A DNA stretch of 39,992 nucleotides, taken from the IMG/VR virus record IMGVR_UViG_3300031939_000014, positions 1 to 39,992 of that record. The stretch is one strand, 5' to 3'. The first letter of the stretch is position 1. The number at the start of each line of letters is the position of its first letter. This document shows positions 35,219 through 39,992 of the stretch, piece after piece. The position numbers and the translations under genes were made by a program. Source of the DNA: a virus (taxonomy: Duplodnaviria > Caudoviricetes). The notes below the pieces were generated by a model that did not search any database, was not told where the DNA came from, and worked only from the letters and a program-made list of their open reading frames with translations.

Positions 35219-37029
35219 CCCATCACGGGGTTAAGCAGGAATGCCGTTATGTCCGTACCGCCGTCGTCGCTCGCCTGCGCACGGCCAATGCCCATGAGCA
35301 GCGCCACGGCCGCGTCAATCTTCCCGTCGCGCACCTTGGCGGGGAACAAGTTGCCGCGGCGATCTTCCATCCCGACCACGTTGCCTATGCACCATGTCAG
35401 CACGGGGTTGCCGTCATGGCGCAGCCGGCCCGAGCGCATCGCCGCGTCGAGTTCCTGAATCGCGGGGCTGAGGTTCTGCGTGATCGTGCGGAAATCCAGC
35501 ATGTTCACGCCCTCAGCCCTAAGCCGCTGCGAGAGGTGCGCCGCCTGCCAGGGGTCGGTTCCGACGCTCACCACGTCAAACCGCGCGCAGAGTTCCTTTA
35601 CGTCATCCTCGATTTGGCCGAAGTCGGTTTCATCACCTGGCGTGACTGTCAGGTGCCCGCCGGCCGCCCATCCGGGGTAACTCGCATTGCGCGCCTCTAG
35701 AACCGCGCTCTCATTCAGATAGCAGCGGGCAAAGGCCGCATAGGTCGGTCGCCCTTCCTCATCACGGCCGGGAAAGACAATCGCCATTGCCGCGAGGTCG
35801 GTCTTGCGCGCCAGGTCAAGGCCGATGTGGCAGGGCTGCCCCTCGAAATCTTCCAGGCGCAGCGTCGAATCTTCGCAGGCTTCCCATGCGCGCGTTGAGA
35901 ACAAGGCCTCATCCGCGCCAACCCAAACATTCAGGTGCCGGGTTTTGGCAGCGGCCTCTTGCGCGGGGTTGTTCCGAGCCTGCCGCATGATGCCGCGGAT
36001 AGCATCGGGCTGCACCGCCTGGCCCCAACTCGGATTCGCTTTGATCCATGACGCCTCGGCCCATGGGTCATCGTCGGAATCGAGCGTGTAGAGCAGCGCG
36101 AACAACTGCTCATCCTCAGCCTTGCCCTCTAGAACCTTGGCTGAGTAGTCCCAAAGCTGCTTGCCAACGCCCGAGGTGTTGCCCGTGGCCGTGGAAATGC
36201 TGAGCAGCAGCGGATGCTCACGCTTGCCCATCGCCGTAAGCAGCACATCGTAAACCTCAGAGGTCCGGTGCGACGCGATTTCATCGCAAACCGCCACCTG
36301 CACGTTGAGGCCGTCAAGCGCCTTGGCGTCGCTGCTAATCGGGCGGAACTTGGACGCGGTGAGCAACTGAAAAACCGCGTTGGCGCCAGGCTCAACCGGG
36401 GCGGTGCGGCCGTCGCGCAGCACCACGTTTTGCAGAATCGGGCTGCGCTTCACCATCTCCCGCGCCGTGTCGAATAGGATTCGCGCCTGGTCGCGGGTGA
36501 CGGCCGCGGCGTAGCCCTCGGCGCCGCCCTCATTGTCTGCGAACGTGAGATAAAGCGCGATCGGGGCGGCAAGCGTGGTCTTGCCGTTGCCGCGGGGCAC
36601 GTAAACCACGCCCTGCCGGAAGCGCCGCGCCGTGGTGCCGCGCGCGACAAAGCCAAAGAGGTTGGCGAAAACGAAACTCTGCCAGGGCATCACCTGCAGC
36701 GGCTTGCCGGCCGCAGGGCCTTTGATGTTCGGGCAGCAGCCGGCAAAGCCAAGCGCACGCTCTGCCAGGTCGGGCCGCCATGCCCACTTGCCCCGGCCGC
36801 TCTGCGCGGCCTCTAGGTCGCTCAGGAAGCGGCTGCAGGCCAGGTGAACGAACCGGCAGGCCGGGATGCCCCCGGCAAGCACCTGCTCAGCGTAGGCAAT
36901 GCCCTCTGCGGTCTTGGGGTAGTCCGCAGCCATCGGCACGGGGGCAGGCGCAGGTGCCCGAGGCGCCGCCGCAGGCTTGGCCGCGCGCGCTCGCGTTTTC
37001 GTTGCGGCCGAGGCTGCTTTCGTCGCCAT
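35215..37029 (-). CDS. terL: terminase large subunit
   Basis: Walker A VPRGNGKT; Walker B AVCDEIA; ISTA coupling motif; nuclease IGLDLA and KIDAAVA. Confidence 0.95.
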   Translation of the reverse strand: MATKAASAATKTRARAAKPAAAPRAPAPAPVPMAADYPKTAEGIAYAEQVLAGGIPACRFVHLACSRFLSDLEAAQSGRGKWAWRPDLAERALGFAGCCPNIKGPAAGKPLQVMPWQSFVFANLFGFVARGTTARRFRQGVVYVPRGNGKTTLAAPIALYLTFADNEGGAEGYAAAVTRDQARILFDTAREMVKRSPILQNVVLRDGRTAPVEPGANAVFQLLTASKFRPISSDAKALDGLNVQVAVCDEIASHRTSEVYDVLLTAMGKREHPLLLSISTATGNTSGVGKQLWDYSAKVLEGKAEDEQLFALLYTLDSDDDPWAEASWIKANPSWGQAVQPDAIRGIMRQARNNPAQEAAAKTRHLNVWVGADEALFSTRAWEACEDSTLRLEDFEGQPCHIGLDLARKTDLAAMAIVFPGRDEEGRPTYAAFARCYLNESAVLEARNASYPGWAAGGHLTVTPGDETDFGQIEDDVKELCARFDVVSVGTDPWQAAHLSQRLRAEGVNMLDFRTITQNLSPAIQELDAAMRSGRLRHDGNPVLTWCIGNVVGMEDRRGNLFPAKVRDGKIDAAVALLMGIGRAQASDDGGTDITAFLLNPVMG

Positions 37030-37140
37030 ATTGGCAGAGGATTCCGTTGCGTGAGGGGACGGCGCGGCCCCATAAAGGGCCGGGCAGCCCTAAAAGCCCC
37101 GAGGGCTAACCTCAGGGCAGCCCTGCAACCCGGTTAGGAG
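37022..37140. promoter_or_regulatory. divergent control region terL / plus-strand island
   Basis: TCGCCATATTGGCAG over the terL start; TTGCGT-18 nt-CATAAA; GGGCAGCCCTAAAAGCCCCGAGGGCTAACCTCAGGGCAGCCCT; AGGAG RBS. Confidence 0.6.
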
Positions 37141-37142
37141 CA

Positions 37143-37427
37143 ATGAGCGTGAGCGATGAGCCGATGCCCGCATGGGCCGCAGCCTGGCGCGAGGAACTGA
37201 CCGGCCGGCTAGGCACCATGCTGCGCGTGTCAGAGCGAACGGAATCCAAGGTGGATAACCTCGCGCTAGCCGTGCGTGACGTGCAGGTGCGGCTCACCTC
37301 GCTCGAAACCACCATGGCGCAGGTGCCGGTTCTGCTTGCCGCCGGCAGCGCCCGCATGGATGCGCTAGAGGCGCGGCTAGTGATGGTCGAGAAGCGTCTA
37401 GAACTGCGCGACGGTGGCCAGGCATGA
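37143..37427 (+). CDS. coiled-coil hypothetical protein (94 aa)
   Basis: AGGAG RBS; heptad pattern RMDALEARLVMVEKRLE. Confidence 0.75.
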   Translation: MSVSDEPMPAWAAAWREELTGRLGTMLRVSERTESKVDNLALAVRDVQVRLTSLETTMAQVPVLLAAGSARMDALEARLVMVEKRLELRDGGQA

Positions 37428-37969
37428 CGCCCGCGCGCTTCGCCGCGCTCTGCTCAGTGCTCAACCTCGGGGAAACCCGGATCGCAGAGGCCACCGGCTA
37501 CACGCGCGGGGCCGTCAAGAATTGGGGCCGTGGCCGTTCCCAGGTGTGGCCACCCCTGGCCGTGTGGCTAGAGGCCGTGGCGCCGCAGGTGCAGCGCATC
37601 CTAGAGCGGCACCCGATGCCCAACCGGCTGCGGCCCGAGGCGCCCGCCCCGGCCCCGGCCGCGCTTGCCGAGGTGCTGCGCAGCCTGCCGCCGCCCCTGG
37701 TCGAGCCGCGGGAGGTGCGCCGGGCCGCTATCGCAGCAGAGCGTGCGGCCCGCCAGGTGGCAGAGCCGCCGGCCATGGTCGATCACGCCCGGCCCGATCG
37801 GCTCACCCCCGCGCAGCGCGAGCCGCCACCGCGGCAGGCGCCCGAGCCGCCGCCCATGGTCGATCACGTGCGGCCAGGCATGGCGCCGCCGGCCGGGCCG
37901 CCGGTCTATTGCGGCCGGTGCGGTCGCACGTTCCGCACGGCCAGGTGCGTATGCGAGGCCGCGGCATGA
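37424..37969 (+). CDS. HTH protein with Pro-rich linker and C-terminal Cys cluster
   Basis: MTPARFAALCSVLNLGETRIAEATGYTRGAVKNWGRG; duplicated EPPxMVDHxRP; CGRC...CVC. Confidence 0.7.
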   Translation: MTPARFAALCSVLNLGETRIAEATGYTRGAVKNWGRGRSQVWPPLAVWLEAVAPQVQRILERHPMPNRLRPEAPAPAPAALAEVLRSLPPPLVEPREVRRAAIAAERAARQVAEPPAMVDHARPDRLTPAQREPPPRQAPEPPPMVDHVRPGMAPPAGPPVYCGRCGRTFRTARCVCEAAA

Positions 37970-38205
37970 GCAGCGAACCCGCCGAGGTTGCCCGGCTGCG
38001 GCAGGAAGTGGCCAGCCTCAGGCTCACCCTCGGGGGCCGGACATTCAGCGCCACGGTGCCAGAGCCGATCGGCTGCCCGCTGCCTGGCGCCTGCGCGCAG
38101 GTGGCAGAGATTGAGCGGCTGCGGCAGGCGTTGGCCGAGGCGCAGGATGATCTAGACGCGGCGCGGCGCGCGCTTGGCCTCTCGCCATATCCGCTCACCG
38201 CCTGA
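37966..38205 (+). CDS. coiled-coil hypothetical protein (79 aa)
   Basis: ATGA overlap; AEVARLRQE / AEIERLRQ. Confidence 0.65.
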   Translation: MSSEPAEVARLRQEVASLRLTLGGRTFSATVPEPIGCPLPGACAQVAEIERLRQALAEAQDDLDAARRALGLSPYPLTA

Positions 38206-38252
38206 GACTCGATCCACCGCCCTTACCACGCCTTATCAACACGGAGACGAAT

Positions 38253-38450
38253 ATGTCTGACGTTCAGCTACCGCCACACGCCACTCTCGTTCGTAACTTC
38301 CTCGCCGGGCACGGTCAGTGGGAGGCCACCTTGGTTGATACTCGGGGCAACGGGCAGCAAGGCCGCCACCATGGCTACCGCCATCACTTCGGCCGGGGGA
38401 ATACCGAGGGCGAGGCATTGGCGGCGGCTGTGGCAGCCTTTCCCGCCTGA
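38253..38450 (+). CDS. hypothetical protein (65 aa)
   Basis: GGAG RBS; G.G.TEGEALAAAV ending. Confidence 0.7.
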   Translation: MSDVQLPPHATLVRNFLAGHGQWEATLVDTRGNGQQGRHHGYRHHFGRGNTEGEALAAAVAAFPA

Positions 38451-38498
38451 CCCGTAACCAACCGGCTTCCCGCGTGATTGCACAGTAAGAGGCAAGAG

Positions 38499-38717
38499 AT
38501 GGCAGAGATACCAACCGAAGTGTTTCTAGTGATCGGCCAGGACGGAAAGCCTTGGACCGATACCGTCGCAACCACCGAGCACGGCGCGCAAACCCGGTTC
38601 GTCAAGGACTGGCTCTCGGTGTTCCGGGTCGAGACGATGGACGTTTACCACGTCTGGAATATGGCCAAGCGCAGCGGCTTCACCATGAAGCGCCTCGCTA
38701 TCGCCGTCGAAGAATAG
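38499..38717 (+). CDS. hypothetical protein (72 aa)
   Basis: GAGG RBS; globular composition. Confidence 0.7.
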   Translation: MAEIPTEVFLVIGQDGKPWTDTVATTEHGAQTRFVKDWLSVFRVETMDVYHVWNMAKRSGFTMKRLAIAVEE

Positions 38718-38762
38718 CCTCTCCACCGCGCTTCCCGCGTGAGAGCACAGAAGGAATAGAAA

Positions 38763-38825
38763 ATGGACGGACCATTGATCGCCTTGATTTTCCTCGTCAT
38801 GGCGATTGTCGCCATCAAGGACTGA
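38763..38825 (+). CDS. 20-aa hydrophobic peptide (MDGPLIALIFLVMAIVAIKD)
   Basis: AAGGA RBS; preceded by the same spacer motif as the previous gene. Confidence 0.45.
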   Translation: MDGPLIALIFLVMAIVAIKD

Positions 38826-38875
38826 GAAGCGGCCGGGCTACCCGCTTCTCGCTGCTTATGGTCGGAAATGTGAAA

Positions 38876-39079
38876 ATGCCCGCCAAGCTAGGACGCGAAA
38901 TCTGGCCGCTCCGCAGGGTCCTCCGCACCGAACGGCGCGAGGTCCAGCCCGGCGTGATGCTGCTACGCGACGTGCTGGAATGCGGCCACGACCTCCCCCC
39001 GGCCGAAGACATTTGCGGCGCCCGCTACCCGGAGCGCCGCCGCTGCTGGCGGTGCCAGCGAACCGTGATCACTAGCTAA
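38876..39079 (+). CDS. small zinc-ribbon protein (67 aa)
   Basis: LECGH...RRCWRC. Confidence 0.6.
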   Translation: MPAKLGREIWPLRRVLRTERREVQPGVMLLRDVLECGHDLPPAEDICGARYPERRRCWRCQRTVITS

Positions 39080-39142
39080 CACGCGCTCCCGGCCATGATC
39101 ACGTCTTAGCCGGCGCCGCCTTATTCACCACAGGAGACACCC

Positions 39143-39628
39143 TTGGCGGGCATAAGCACCCTCCCGCGCGTTGCGGAAAAAGCCTTTCAGGATCAGCGGC
39201 AGGCCGCCAAGAAGCGCGGCATCCCGTTCCTGTTCACCCGAGACGAGTGGTGGGCGTGGTGGCAGGTTGATGGGCGGTGGGATCGCCGCGGGTCGCGCGC
39301 CCACAATCTTTGCATGGCGCGGAAGGGCGATGTTGGCCCGTACAGCGCCGAGAATGTCTATCCGGCGACGATGGCTGAGAACTCGGGCAGCGTTGCCCGT
39401 GCGGCCAGGGCAGCAGCGGGGCGTCTCGGCGCCGCCGCGGCCAAGGCTAACGGGACGCATGCTGCCGCCTTCGCCATGCGGGGCGATGGGCACCCTCGCT
39501 CCAAAGCGGTTGTGACGCCTATGGGCAGGTTCGGCAGCGCCGCGCTGGCCGGCGAGGCACACGGCATCAGTCGAAAAATAGCGTCGTACAGGGCCAGCCA
39601 TGAGCGTAACGGCTGGCGCTACGAGTAA
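39143..39628 (+). CDS. HNH-like (homing-type) endonuclease with C-terminal DNA-binding tail
   Basis: QRQAAKKRGIPFLFTRDEWWAWW...CMARKGDVGPYSAENV...EN; HPRSKAVVTP.G.F.SAA.A NUMOD-like tail; AGGAG RBS, TTG start. Confidence 0.75.
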   Translation: MAGISTLPRVAEKAFQDQRQAAKKRGIPFLFTRDEWWAWWQVDGRWDRRGSRAHNLCMARKGDVGPYSAENVYPATMAENSGSVARAARAAAGRLGAAAAKANGTHAAAFAMRGDGHPRSKAVVTPMGRFGSAALAGEAHGISRKIASYRASHERNGWRYE

Positions 39629-39648
39629 GCGGTGAAAGGACTGCCACA

Positions 39649-39819
39649 ATGCCGAAAACCGCCGATCTTGTGCGGCTAGTGCAGTTGTTCCGAACCGCCG
39701 CCAAGCATCCCGACCCAGCAACCGGCCAAGTCATAACGGCCATGACGGTCCCGGATTGCGAAATGCTCGCCGCGTTCCTTCTCGCCGAAAGCATCCGGCT
39801 GCGAGAGCGCGACGCCTGA
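39649..39819 (+). CDS. hypothetical protein (56 aa, MPKTADLVRLVQLF...)
   Basis: AAAGGA RBS; translated by hand. Confidence 0.6.
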   Translation: MPKTADLVRLVQLFRTAAKHPDPATGQVITAMTVPDCEMLAAFLLAESIRLRERDA

Positions 39820-39836
39820 CTGACCGGAAATCGGTG

Positions 39837-39992
39837 ATGGCGGACACAACCCCGATGCTGCGATGGGCCGTGCTTGACGGCGACGGCGAGCCGGTCGGGC
39901 CGCTGCACGAGACGCGCCAGGATGCCGACCGCGCCGTGCGGTTCATGAACACCTACCGCCCCGGCTTGCGGGAGACGGTCTACCGGCTAGGG
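39837..39992 (+). CDS. hypothetical protein, truncated by the window end
   Basis: Open frame MADTTPMLRWAVLDGDGEPVG... running off the edge. Confidence 0.5.
   Translation, partial: MADTTPMLRWAVLDGDGEPVGPLHETRQDADRAVRFMNTYRPGLRETVYRLG

Noticed and set aside
39125-39721. 198-aa minus-strand ORF as a candidate terS
   Set aside because: No terS-like features; it is the antisense of the well-formed HNH-like gene.
1-39992. Stop-codon reassignment suggested by frequent TAG/CTAG
   Set aside because: Core genes (terL, portal, capsid, tape measure) are uninterrupted in the standard code, and TAG terminates genes normally.
1-39992. tRNA, rRNA or IS elements
   Set aside because: No cloverleaf, rRNA-like sequence or transposase motif recognised by eye.

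Overview
The window is almost entirely a GC-rich, lambdoid/HK97-type siphophage genome, probably from an alphaproteobacterial host. The host call is inferred from the HisKA_2 kinase and the style of the proteins. The minus strand carries the early-right/replication arm (Cro-like, RusA, HNH, replication initiator with internal iterons, CoiA-like nuclease, NusG paralogue, packaging HNH; about 7.9 kb to 0.9 kb). It also carries the late arm (TerL, portal, prohead protease, HK97 capsid, a putative head-fibre cluster, neck, tail tube, frameshifted tail chaperones, tape measure, tail tip, holin-like protein, GH19 endolysin; 37.0 kb to 12.7 kb). The plus strand carries a CI-like repressor, Gp157-like and RecT-like genes, and several islands of small genes. 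The most unusual points are: (1) the lysis region contains an intact-looking membrane HWE/HisKA_2 histidine kinase, an inverted three-gene island and a secreted RlpA-type lytic transglycosylase; (2) two dispersed DNA motifs (a TCGCCA-N3-TGGCGA palindrome and a GGGCTAACC/GGGCWGCCC family) recur together at the plus-strand islands, including over the terL start codon and just upstream of the endolysin; (3) no terS or integrase is present at the usual positions; (4) an array of small genes with repeated spacers lies at 38.2-40 kb; (5) CTAG is strikingly abundant. All family calls come from motif recognition by eye; no database search was run.
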